Assembly (NCBI GenBank): GCA_047495785.1
Contig: JBLDXI010000059.1
Coordinates: forward strand, 186,001 to 250,000
Source: Lepidodermella squamata
Lineage: Eukaryota; Animalia; Gastrotricha
Length of the DNA: 64,000 nucleotides
Direction of reading: 5' to 3'
Below the pieces are notes generated by a model. The model did not search any database and was not told where the DNA came from. It saw nothing but the letters and a program-made list of their open reading frames with translations. How positions within the stretch are numbered: the first letter of the stretch is position 1; each line of letters begins with the position of its first letter. Position numbers and translations under genes: made by a program. This document shows positions 38,953-51,700 of the stretch, piece after piece.

Positions 38953-41426
38953 ATATTTTCATTTCAGATTAATAATGAGTAAAATTTCATCAATAATCAC
39001 GTTTGGGTCCCTTTTGCATTGGGAAGAATTAGACCAAATTTCATAAAAATTATATTGCGGTAAATGAAAATTAAGGCTGCGTAACCCAGAAAAAAATTAC
39101 GTTGATCGGATGAAACATTACTGAGAAAAAGGGGCCCAAAAAAAAGTGATCGATTTTGTATGCTAAACACAGCGCGCGCTCGCTGCGCGGTTGCTTAACT
39201 ATTAGTGCGTGCGCCGCGCGCTGTCCACGGCCCGCGCCTGTGTGTGTCGAGTCCAGTGGTATTAGTCACAAAACGGGCGCAGCACAATTCTTAATCCCGC
39301 GCCCAATTAAGGTGTGCAACCCAAATTTTTACTTTGTAACCAATCACACGCGCGCAGCCGGAAATATATATTTTGGCAGCCGAAGTTTTGAACTTTGCAG
39401 CACAATTATTTATCCTCCTTAATGTCAATTTTCTCTCCATTAAAACATCTTGAAATGATCTTTACATGTTTCCCGATAATGTTGATATGGCCCGAGCCTA
39501 TGGCTGCGTTCGAGGCTGACGATGTTAACGAAGAAAATACCCACCCAGGCATCAGGCATCATCCAGGTTTCTGTGAATTTCGAATTGGCCGGTTCAGGGA
39601 CGGTAGGTGAGATATGCGCTGAGACACGCGCTTGCAATAAAGTTGTCTGTGTGGTTACCCGTTCGAATCCATGGCTGGCTGCGAGCCATTCATGGTTATA
39701 ACTCCATAAATTACCGATACAAAAAAATGAGTCGTCGGCGTAGAGAAATGAGCAGGGTGGGTCTCAATGTCTTACTGCTTGCACTGTGGATCCTAAGGAG
39801 TGGATCCTGGAGTTATGTCGGGCAGGCCTGGGGTGACAATCGACGGATAAATCAGCAGATTATTGCACTCTGGGAATCGAACCCCGCCACTGAGACGTCG
39901 CGGCGAAACGCTGCGCTATAAGAGTGCTCAAGACCCCAGCGTATTCATCAGTTGTTTACGTGTCTTTACGCTCTGCGCGATGGGGCGCTGGCTGTCATGA
40001 GTGCGATTAAGGAGGTGCAAGGTGTGGGGAGAAAAAAAGCGGAAGCACGCGCCGATTATTACCTGTTGAACAGTCAATAGCACGGTTACTAGTTGAGGCC
40101 ATGCGGCGCCGTTCGAACACCTCACACCGTTTCTGCCCTCATAGCCTGCCCTTATAATAGCCATCGGTGGCTCATGTGCAACCACTACCTAGAGCCGGCC
40201 ATTGAGCCGGAATTGTGCTAGAAATTGGAAACCAGCCGGCCGCCGCCGGTTGAAATTCAAACAAAATAATGGAAACATATGTTTCCCCTGGCTCATCGAA
40301 CACTGCCCAGCCGCTTGGAAGTGCGAAAATACTTGTGAAAAGTAACTTCTCAATCGCATTTTTGAAAAATTCGGGGAATAAATTCACGTCTTTACGTGCT
40401 TTTGTGCGGCGTGATTATAACAGCAGATTATAACAATAACTATCCTGTCCTGATTTCAAACGAGTTATACACGGCTTGGGTTAGCGATATCAATTAATAC
40501 ATACCAATTTATGGGTATTGAAGCTGCATTTGGCATTGGTTGCGGCGCCGATTTTATGCGCGGTTTGACGCACGCTTTCGCTTTTCTGCGTCACCACCGA
40601 ACTATTTGCCCCGTTTTTGCCGACAACAGTCATAACTCTGTGGTAATACTTTTGGCCTCACGTCACTTCAAACCATCGAATTCTAGTATATAGGTATCTA
40701 TTAGTCGTGACGTTGAATCTTTCAATGGGATTCAATGGGCATATCAATGGCGCAATTTCTCGCGGAAATCGCATACCAGGTTCGCGTACGTCGATGGCGC
40801 GCCAAGTGCTATTAGTTTTCTATGCGGAGTGATTCCTTCAGGATTGTTTTGCTTGATCAAAGCAAAACCACCCACGTCCTTGCGGCGTGTGGCTAATAAC
40901 CGGACGAACAGGTAATATACGGGTTGGGTGGCGAAACCAATTTTTTACTTGTCACTTGCTGAATGCGCCCACAAGACCATTTTTTGCCAGTCATGTTGCC
41001 GAGTTACCGCTTTTCAGCCGCATGCTGTTTCAGCAAAACGGCGCCAACCGGTCTTTGCGGCCGTTTCTAGTTCATTATCTTACATGGCCTCTCTTTTGAG
41101 GATTCTCGCGGCCAAAACACTGCTTATAAGGAAAAAATTATTATTTCTAATAGGCACCTATTCTGAGTATGAATTTTCATTTATCGAGTGTGTGCTATAG
41201 AGCTAAAACGCTGAGATGAAGAGCCTGTGGCCTCAGTCAAAATTTATTGAATATTTTATGAGAGCACGCCATTTCGCCATTTACTTCGGTACATTTTTCG
41301 GTAAAATAATATGTCGACTTATATATAATTATTTAATATAACATCATTATACAGACTGCTTGTAACTAAGGGGCCGGTTCTAAGTTCGATTTCTTTGGTT
41401 ATTAGGAGTTATATTATTGATTGAGG

Positions 41427-41973
41427 ATGCCGTTGAAGGACTGGTTGCCTTCGATGCCTGATTGGGGCAAATTTCAGGGGAAACTACCAGCTATGCCCGA
41501 TAGTGTGGTCAGAATAACTGATAAAGTGACCGCAGCACCGAAACGATTTTTCGCCGAAGATCATTCCTTTTTATACTTCGCCCTCGCTGCAACGGCAGTT
41601 CCTGTTGCCGTATACTACTACAGGAAACACCATCCTATCGATAATCACCGGCATCGGGACGAAAAAAGCGGCGAGCACAAACACAGGCACAAGCATCATT
41701 ACCACAAACATGACGACGGCGACGAGCACCGGTATCACAAACACCACAAGCACCATCACCATCACCACAAAAGCGAAGATGGCGAGCAAAAGTAATTTTT
41801 TTGCAGGATTTAAGATCAGCTTTGGATATTTCATTTTTTCCAGGCTTCGTAAGCATCACCACCATAAACACCATCATCATCATGAATGCTCGCAACAATC
41901 TCAGCAAACTACACCGATCAATAGCAAGACGATTGTGGACAATTGGAACATCACCAAGGACGCCGAATTATAA
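41427..41973 (+). CDS. Orphan 164-aa single-pass protein with His/Lys-rich domain; exons 41427-41791, 41844-41973
   Basis: A 52-nt phase-2 GT-AG intron joins two His-rich frames; hydrophobic FLYFALAATAVPVAVYYY; ends TKDAEL*. Confidence 0.75.
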
Positions 41974-43309
41974 GAAGCATCTTTTCGGCGGCTGAATGGC
42001 GTTCTCGCGCAAAATCTCGTAGATGTCTGTAGAATGACATCGAATTATTATAATTTTCGGTTATACTTTCGCCTTTCGATGACAGTGATTATAATAATCG
42101 ATGATCGGATTACGTTTTAGAGTATTTTTCTATTGCACAAATTTGCTATATTTTTGCACATTAAATCACGCGAAAATTCTGCTGCTCCGTATGAAATTGC
42201 CTTTTGCCTCGAAATCTACTGTGCACCGTCAAAACTGATGTTTTCAAGTATTCTTTCCTACATTTTCGCCCTTTACATGTACGCGGAATTTCTTCGGCTG
42301 ACTGATCAAAGAGACAATAAAAATCGAAATTTTTCTTCGGTATTCATGCTTTTATTACTGAAAACAAACAAAAATGAATATATATCTCGGATTTGCAGAT
42401 ACTTTTAAATATATAATATTGAAGCTACCGATAAAGAGCCCGTTCATTTAAATACAACAAGGTTTATACGATAAATAGGGCATCTATAGGCAGATTGATG
42501 CTTTCTTTCACCAAAAACAAGAGGCAAGTCACAACACAAGGCTCAAAAATACAGCTTCTTGTGCCAAAAATGTATCTTAAATAATAATTATTATTGTACA
42601 ATTTGCTACATATCTGTAATGATGTGTAAACGATCGAAAAATTAATCATTTTCGCCATCATGCATACACAGTAAGTCACAATTTAATTTAATCAGTTATA
42701 GTTTCAGCAGGTCAACCGATGAAATGAATCAAGGAATAGTCATAAGAGATAACCACAAGAGACCATACGAGAAGACGAAATTTAACTAAAAAAATTAACC
42801 TGACCGTAAATTCTTGAACGCACCTTACATACCCAACAGAAGAGCTAAAAATAACGCTTTTCCTCAAATATTAAGGAGGTTCAACAATAAATATATCGCT
42901 TCAATAGTAACTGCTGATGCACAGTCTAGTACACTTGCGTTTATAATAATGTAGTATAATATAAAAGATTCATGGTAGAAAGAAGGATGCACATAAGATT
43001 TGTTTTTGGCTTCAAATAACAATAATATAGATTTCACAGGATGTTCATCGTTTTTCACTCAACTTTACACTCAACTAGTCCCACTTCGTACCGATGAATT
43101 GTGCATTGCGAATTTTCAAAGATTACAGCGGTTTGTTTCCTTCTCTCGTTTGACAAGATACAGGACAGCAAGATCAAAGTAGCATTTCACGAATGTTCTG
43201 CTTGAATAGTTAGGTAGATTACAATGGCATATCAACAGAATTTTATAGAGAATAATATTATTGCGCGTTTTTTCTGGCAAAAATATATTATCATACCAAC
43301 AGCATTTTT

Positions 43310-46300
43310 TCACGGCTTCCCGCTCAACCATTGCCGATACATGCGATTCGTGGCATCGGCGTGATCGCCATCTCGCATGTGCCGCGAGACGATGTCAAGA
43401 GGAATTAAATGTTTACCCAAATGCAGCACTTTCATATCGGTTATATCGCACTCGATTTGCATAAGAGCGACACTACCTTCAGGCGGCGAGACAGTTTCAT
43501 TAAGGGAGAACAGTGCTGGGAGGATCAGCGACATTTTTGGCCGCGATGTACGGTTCACAACAAGAGCCGGGAAAATCAGCTGGTCGACGTGAAATGAAAC
43601 CATGTAGAAAGTGTCGTTGCGTTGTCGAATAGTTTTCGCGAATTTTTCGTATTGAGCCAAAGAGGCACTTTCTTCCGTCGCTGCTTCGACAGTTTGATCT
43701 GCGTGAGCTCGGCGTAGCAACTGCTGCTGACGAGCCGAAACCACCCGACGCCGGTACAGCTGAACGTCAGAAGACGACGGACTGTTGCTGGGAGCAGTAG
43801 CAACTCGACGCCTGCAATGAAAGAAAACCATAAATTTACGAAAAAATCCGCCTTAAACTTGATTTTTCTCATTTTTCAATATTCTAATTCCTATAGGTAT
43901 CAGACGTGCCAAGCAGTGCGGGCCCTTGAACGTCAATCGAGTGCTTCGCCAGCTAATGCACACTCATGGTTGCGGAATTAATTGGCGAAACGAGTGAATA
44001 AGGGAATGAGCCAGATGCCACGCCTCAATATTCATCATATCACACATCACACCAACAGCTCAAACAAGGGCCAAAAGGCGACATTTAGGCACGGTTCTAT
44101 GACGCAAAGGCGCCGGACTTGGGAGCGAAAGGCAAAAGAGCACGGGACATAAGGGCGCAGATAGAAGGGCGGCAAATTATTCTCAACAATTGTTTGTTTT
44201 TCGATGCGAAACTGAAGGATCACTGAAGGAAAATGAGGATTATCGACGAGCTCCGAGTTGAAATAGTCACCAGGCATCCGACTGGCGAAGAAGAAGAAAG
44301 CTTGAGTCTATACGCCAGATTAGCCAGATTGTTTTTATTTTATGAACTTAATTTGAGACGCAAACCAAGAAAAGGTGACTAATTGCGCTTTCGCTTTCAT
44401 CAGAAAGAGGCAACAGCTGGAGCAGTTCTATTATGCGCCTGCTTTTTTTGACAGCTAAAACAAATTGGTACCTTTTCCTGGTTTCATCTATTACCTTCAA
44501 AGCAAACATGGTAAGATGCAGTCAATCAGGTTTGGTTCAGGCTACGACAGAACTCCCCAGTCGGTATCTATGTATTTCGCGAGAGAGAGAATATTTCGTG
44601 AGAATAGATAGTAGAGGCGCAGGCTTCGAAGCTGATATAACAATTTGCTACATACTATTGTACCGTACGGAGCCGAGTATGATCAGATTAAGACTAGAAA
44701 ATCCGTAAAAATCCAGAGCAGCGAGAAACAAGGCAATGTTGGATCTGTTCGCTCTTTTGGCAACTTCGCACTGAGCCTTGGAGCTTCGCTTAGGGTAGAA
44801 GACATCAAACACCCCTTAGACCTCCTAGCCGTCTTGGTTGGGAACTTTTTCTCGCACCTCCTTCGCGTCTCGTACAGATGTCATTGAGCATTAGTAATCA
44901 TTTGTGCAGCTTTTGGAGCTCATAGGCTGGAATGAGGAGTGAGGCGACGCGCGGCGCGAAAAATTTATCACTGAACAGTAGAATTGTCGTTGTTTCACAC
45001 TTTGAGCTCACAAAACACTATCAGCTGCCTTCAAAATTAATTTGAGCCCTGACCAATAAATCAAAAATTTGTTTTTCCCACTTGGAATCAGTGAAACCAC
45101 AGGTCACAAATCAGTTTTAGGTGAAATTCAACTTATGCTCCTTTTGACAAATAAACGCTCTCAAGTTATTGCAAAACTATCGAATGATTTACGATAAATG
45201 GGTGAAGTGTTTGACCTCGGCGTGTCGTCAATTAGGCGCAATCGCTTACACCATTCGATAGGGCGCAATCAGTTACCTAGATGACATGAAAAATTGTTCC
45301 AGCAGTCGCAATCAAATCTGACCAAAAATTGGAATGATTGACCCTAGTCGTACATCGCGCAACCGAGGAACACGCGTTCAACTAACATAATGCGTCCTAT
45401 AGGTGAACAAGCGTAGTTTTAAGGGAGCGCTCGTTCGCCTAGCAGTCACTAGTTCAGCCGCGCGACTCCAAGCTCGACGTTCTAGCCCTTATAGCTAGTC
45501 TCAAAATGGACAGCGGACTAAGCTCTAAAGGATAGGACCCCATTATTTTCCGCACGTCAGAATCCTGGTGGAACTTGACTTACGTTTTGAAAAAATTAGG
45601 CATAGGAAAACCGAAACATCAGTGTTTTTCAATCAGATAAATTGGGTGTTTGTCAACAATAGGCGCACAAATCGGCTGTCAAGTGGTTCCCCGCAGCTTC
45701 TCAGGCATAAAAACTCGCGTGAATGGTGCAAAAGATCGCTGAGGAGGAAAGTATTAGATGAAGTAAACAGCAATAAAAAGTTGAAGAATGCAATGTCTAA
45801 TGATTTTAGCTTGAAAACGAATAATAGAGGGCTGAGCCGAAATAAATGGTCGGTCTCGCTTATAACGACTGGATTGAACCAATATAGGAAAATGCCTTAG
45901 TATATAAGATAGCGCCATTGATGGCTTTGGAATAGATTGCAAACAGATGAAATTAAGCAAGAAATATAGAAACCGGAGCAAATTGTTAGAGGGAGTTTTT
46001 GGACCCAGAATCTGATCTAAATCAGCTCAGACCCCTTTTTCGGCAGTTGAAGTGTTCATAACATTTATTAAATCTTACCTTGAATTGATGACTCGCGTTG
46101 GCTTCTCATCAGGCGTTTGTTCCGATTTCGCCGGCTTCTGTTGAAGTGAAGCCCATTGCGAGAGAGCATTAACAATGCGTTGGGAATGAGTTGCATTCAC
46201 AAGGCCATTGGGACATTCCGGATGTCCGCTACTACTCGTCGTCACGTCTTCAATCTCAAGCAATGCGTCATCCATGAGTGGTAAATCCGCATCGTCAACC

Positions 46301-47956
46301 GAGTCGAATTCGAAATAGGCGTTCGGCGCACGGGGCAAAATCATCAAATCGTTTGAATCATCAAACCTCGAACTGCGTTTCACTCTGAAATTCGCCGGGT
46401 AAGACATCTGACCGGCATCCAGGGTCCGGGATTGAATGCGAGGTTCAGGGTAAGGAACATCGGGTATTTCATTCTTCGCGTAACTTAAATCGCCAACTCC
46501 CGCGACGGCGACTGGAGTGACTGAGGTTGAAGATTCACGAAACAATTTAGACGCAAATGGTATACAGTTAAACGCAAAAATAAGCGAGAAAATCAGCAGG
46601 GCCTTGCTATTCGGCCGAGTTGCGATGAAAATTCGCTTCACAGCTGGTTGTTGAGTATTCGCTGCAGGCTGCTCAGCGGGCCTTTTAGTGGCCGAGACAT
46701 AAGTCAAGGTAGGTTTCGTGTCCCGAGTAATTTTCGCAGCAGGAATTGCATTGACTGGCTGTTTTAGAAGGCTATTAACCACTGGAGGGGCCGGTTTAAC
46801 GGGAATTTTCTTAGGAATCGGCTCATCATCGACCAAATCGATAACAGGACCCGACCTCATTGAAATCTGCGGTGAAACAGGTTCAGAATTCGAGAAAGTT
46901 GGTGATTCGCTGATAGAAATCGGCGACATCTCGTCGTTACTGCTCACCGAGCCGGCAGAAGAAAATGCCGAGACAGAGCCGGTCGACGAAGGTCCGCCAA
47001 TATTGCCATTACTCCTCAATCCCATATTTTCCTCATGCAACCGCTCAACCATGCGGCGCATTTCTTCATTCTGCTGTTTCACCTGCTGATTCTCCTCAGC
47101 TAACTGCCGAACTCGTTCTTCCAGCGATTCTAAATAGGCCTTCTGCCTTTGTCGCGATAAATTCGCGGCTTCTCGATTTTTCAATATCCTCATCTGCTTT
47201 TTCGCCTGCCGGTCCAACTCGTCTTTTTGCTGCTGATATTGCGAGGCGGTCAGACCAGGTTGGCTAGGAATTGCAACTTTGCCTTGAAATTTGATATCCT
47301 TCACATTCACAACTTTACCAGTCGCCTATTGAATAGAGACGTTGAATTAATAAATTCAGGTAAGATGGGTAAAATCAAACCTGTTGAAGGGGGAAAGCTG
47401 TTAAAGATCCATTAGGTGATATGACTAGGCAGGGCTTCGGAAGAATCGGCTTCTTATCCTCGACGATAGTGACCGGAATTGCAGCCATCGGTGTCTGAGG
47501 TGCGAGTGGTTCCAACTTGATCAAAGTCGTCGGCACCTGAGTCGTCGTTTTAATGAAGGCATTGGGTGGAAAACTCAGATTATTCGCCGGCAAATTGTTG
47601 TTCGCAAAAGACCGGCCGATAATCGACGACGTAGTGGTTGGTACGATGATATCGTCCACAATACCGACATCAGATTCGTCAGACGAATCACGCCGGTAGA
47701 CGAGGGGAACTTGAGAATTAGCACTCGATGCAAAATGCGACGCGTAAGAGTCTTGCGTTGAGGAATTGCAGTCGACATTAGTTACAGGGCAGTGACCGCC
47801 GGACGAGCCCAGCGACGACGACTCCTGCGACTCGGCCGAGTACAACTCGTCGAACAGATCGAGCGGCTGGTCGAGCAGAAACGACGAGTAGTTCTGTTGC
47901 TGACCGGCATCGAGTAACGGCTCATCGAGGCCGAACTCGTCCAATTCAAAATTCAT
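43310..47956 (-). CDS. ATF6: ATF6 membrane-bound bZIP UPR transcription factor; exons 47956-47381, 47325-46079, 43811-43310
   Basis: bZIP KKQMRILKNREAANLSRQRQKAYLESLE; TM helix with NxxP (NCIP); luminal IRQRNDTFYMVSF, SRPKMSLILPA and LMQIEC; phase-consistent introns. Confidence 0.93.
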
Positions 47957-48088
47957 TCGTAATTCAACCCTCTAGAAAACAGAAAAATCCACCTTAATTA
48001 TTATCACTGGCACATATCAGCAGGATAATTCATTCTTTATTTTTGTCTCCTTCATCAAAACTACTAGCACGCGACTGAAAGAATGCAA

Positions 48089-48470
48089 TTAGCTCTTCTC
48101 GTAGGCCCTAGATAATAAAAATAAAAGTATTAAGGAGGTGTTTTACTTAGGGGTAACGATTCACGTACTTGCCGACGATACCGTCACGGGTGGCGAGACG
48201 GACAAGCGACGCGTCTGACTCGCCAATGCGGCGAATTTGTCCGCAAACGGTGTACCGCTTGACGGAGCCAGTCGCCAGGCCAGTTTCAGGGTCGAGATCG
48301 GCAAAGTCGATTTGAACCGAGGCGTGGTCCTTGGCGGCGATGAGCCAGTTGCTGGCAGAGCTGTAATTCAGCAAATATTATTAAACCAGTGACAGTACTG
48401 AGAAAATCGATAGAACATACCACTTGCGGGGGATGTACTTGTCAGAATATTCGCCGGCGTCGTTTTGCAT
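48089..48470 (-). CDS. RPS21: 40S ribosomal protein eS21 (3 coding exons)
   Basis: [34 protein letters not shown]...[14 protein letters not shown]; last exon gives AYEKS*. Confidence 0.95.
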
Positions 48471-48549
48471 GTTTGTAGCTTTTTCGGTTAAATAACCAAA
48501 TAAATGCCTAGACACCAGGTGAGCAAAATTTATTATAGCATATTCGCAC

Positions 48550-48560
48550 CGCAAGGAAAG
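48550..48560 (-). promoter_or_regulatory. Putative TCT/5'TOP start of RPS21 (micro 5'UTR exon) followed by a 42-nt intron (48549-48508)
   Basis: CTTTCCTTGCG|GTGCGA...TCTAG. A pyrimidine-run start is typical of animal ribosomal protein genes. Confidence 0.5.
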
Positions 48561-48787
48561 TCGCTTTGTTAATATAATATAATATTAAGGAATTTCAGGC
48601 TTTTAATCTGATAGGACCAGTGTTGGCTAGTATTGCTTTTTCGTGTTATAGAAACAACGAGAAAAAATATAGCGATAAAGAAATCGATCAACCGGCAGGT
48701 CGGAAGGCACAACAATGCGGAATTGGCTAGTAGATAGTCGTCCCTCAAAAAATTAGTATGGTGGCAAGTAATCGCAAAACATTGCAC

Positions 48788-51700
48788 TTAATGACCATTA
48801 GCTACGGCTTTCGCTGCTGCGTCGAAGGCTTGTTTCAAATCGGCAATGATGTCGTCAGCATCTTCGAGCCCAACCGAAACACGGACGAAACCATCTGAAA
48901 TGCCGAGTTCGGCGCGCTTTTCAGCCGGAACGGAAGCGTGCGTCATCAGTGCGGGGTGTTCGATCAGACTCTCGTAGCCGCCAAGACTCTCGGCGCAGGT
49001 GAATAGCTTGACGGATTCGAGCATGACCTTAGACGCGGCAAGGCCACCTTTAAGGTAGAACGAGAATGTTCCGGAAAATCCGCGCATTTGACGCATGGCA
49101 ACTTCGTGTTGAGGGTGCGATTTCAAACCGGGATGCAAGACTTTCTCAACCATCGGGTGCTTTTCAAGGAAGTGAGCGACAGCCAAACCTAAAGAGAGAT
49201 AAAAATCCACCTTAAAACTTCAGAAGTAAGAAGACAATGGAAATTTGAATTATTATGAAACCGTCCAGGGTGTGACAGCAGCCACCTTAACGAGCGCGCA
49301 AATATGCGAGTGCGTCTCATTAAGGTGGCTGCGCACGCACGCGCGCAGTTCGCCTTATTTGAACAAGACCTGGCTATTTCGTCATTTACCCGAGCTCGAA
49401 GAGCGGGAGCGTGCACGAGTAATGAAACTATGCGCGCACCACGCGTTTTTACACAGGGTGTGCGAAAGAGAGCGAGCGCGCGATCTTCTATCAGTAATGA
49501 TTGGTTTTATTTGGTACTAAAACCAGTCATTTAAATCAAATCAGGGATGGCCGGCGTTAAATTGAATCTCAATAAAATTATCGGAATTTCTATTGGTAAA
49601 TAGTTATGTATAAATAACGCCATAGGGGAGGTTAGGTTCGACGAAGACTGCAGCGGGTTTTGCACACCAAGGAGAAGAAATTTGCATTGCTGCATCAATC
49701 TGTTTCATGACTTTCAAGCACGTGATCGCAAACAGATCATTCATATGTTAAGATCGTTTCTACAAGTGCTTTGATACCGTAAACACAGCCGACTGAGTCG
49801 AGGTTCGTCACCACTGAAACGAGACTCGCGAGGAGAAGACCGACCCGAGTTTATATGGCAGCTTTGCGCCGAGATTTTGCTCATTCACTTCGCAACTTCG
49901 CAAAATCACTAGTTCATAAAAAATAATTGCTTACCCATATTGTCATCTCCAAGGTCTATAACAAGGGAAAGCAAACAACTATCTTGCCCAGCGGCGCATC
50001 GCCAACCGCCGGACAAACTCGGTCACTAGATGTGGTTCGCCGGAAATGCTTATTATTAGCCCAGATTTTGCGTTGATGTGTCGAAATTGCAATCGGATGA
50101 GAGCTTGATCTCTAATCAAGTAACTGGGAGTCATTCAAGTGCTCGAGTAAACAAGATAAATGAGGATTAACCCCCTTGAAAATATCCCCGTCAACGGCTC
50201 ATTAAGGGTCGCACGAATGGACAAGGACTCGCGATCAGAGCATGCCCGCGATACGCTTACGCCGGGCTATGCCGCTATATCGGGCAAGTCATTTCCTATC
50301 TAATAGCCTCAGGGGTGTAGAATCTGCAGATCTAGGCAACATTGCTGCCAGGAAATCAGGGATTTTCAAGCTATTTTTCGAGATTATATCGGTAAAAGAA
50401 GGAAAATATAAAATAAAGATAATGTTATGTTGTGTTATGTTTTCGAGATTAGCGTGTGGATCCGCCTCTTACTTCATAACGAGCGCCGGAGATGGCACGT
50501 AAGCCGTCATTTTTGCGCGAAGCGCCACCTGTTGTACGAGTAAAAGACATTTTTTTCACTAAGTTGTACGTGTTGAAGACATTCACGCGCGGGTTGCAAA
50601 GCTTTCACCACAGGCGGGCATGAGACCACTTTGCTGCTATTGGAGCAGCGGGGTGCACAAAATTTGACATATCCCGCCTTGATTTTAGCGCTATTCTAGA
50701 TCTACTAAGCGGCGCCGGGCTAGGTTTTTTCGCGTTTTCTTCGGAAATAGTGTAATGCGGCGCATCTGGTAGGTCATCATCACCACCATGGGCCTTCATG
50801 TGTGGGATGAAGTTTTTGCTCGTTGAAAAAATCACACATAAAAATAACTTTTTATAAGCATAAATAGTGAGCAGCGGCTTAGCTTATTAGTTAAGCTCCG
50901 CCAATGCTGATCAAAAGGTCGCTGGTTCAACCCTCACTGCTCGCACAAGAATTTGCGATTTGTGAAAAATCGGAAAATCGAGCTGTGTAGGTGCAGATAG
51001 ATGGCACGATGTACATCGAGCCGTAAAAAATTATGGACATTGCAAGAAACAAAGACCTGCTAGACTGCGAGGAATTTTATTATTGCTGCAATATACTTAA
51101 TAAACGAATATGGCCACATGCAATAACGAATACTGTAATCGTTACAATTCTCTCGAAATGATCTATCAGGTGGTAAAAACACGATGACAGTATATTATCG
51201 CTATAGTGATAGCCGTTTATAGTGAACTATCGCTGCAGTGAACGATTTTTTGGCACGCGGCTCAAAATGACCTTGCAATAGCTATCGGTATGGCGAACGA
51301 TATATACAGTGAACAATCGTCATTGTGAACGCTTTTTGTGGTGTATGCGCCATGTGAAACACGTGTTTAGTAAGCGATATAGTGAACGAGGCTAAGTTTT
51401 GTTCAAAAACGATTTCAAAAACATGATGAATCATAAACACACATGGAAATCGCACGGCTCAAATGGACCAGTAGTTGCCACGGCTCGAGGCTCACCTTTT
51501 GAAGAAGCTTCAAGAAGCGGGCGCCGAGCTGTTGGCGACTATCAGATCTGTTCAAATGACTATTACTGATTACGTTTTGCCTAAAAATCAGGTTTTTTAA
51601 TTTTATACCACTGTTGCTCTTATCCTAATGCTTTTCGTCCGATGTATCTCGGCAGTTTCTGACATATACGTGTGCTCGCTGTGGACCACTCGTATCTGAT

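Noticed and set aside
44047-44277. LINE ORF1-like fragment (LRPYVP) in ATF6 intron 2
   Set aside because: A single short motif without the expected CCHC knuckle; too weak to call.
44370-44412. Second hammerhead candidate (minus strand CTGATGA-AAGC-GAAA)
   Set aside because: No stem II and no pairing for stem I.
48108-48168. U12-type intron (CCTTAA branch-like sequence in RPS21)
   Set aside because: The donor is GTACGT, not RTATCCTT; I saw no U12 donor in any modelled gene.
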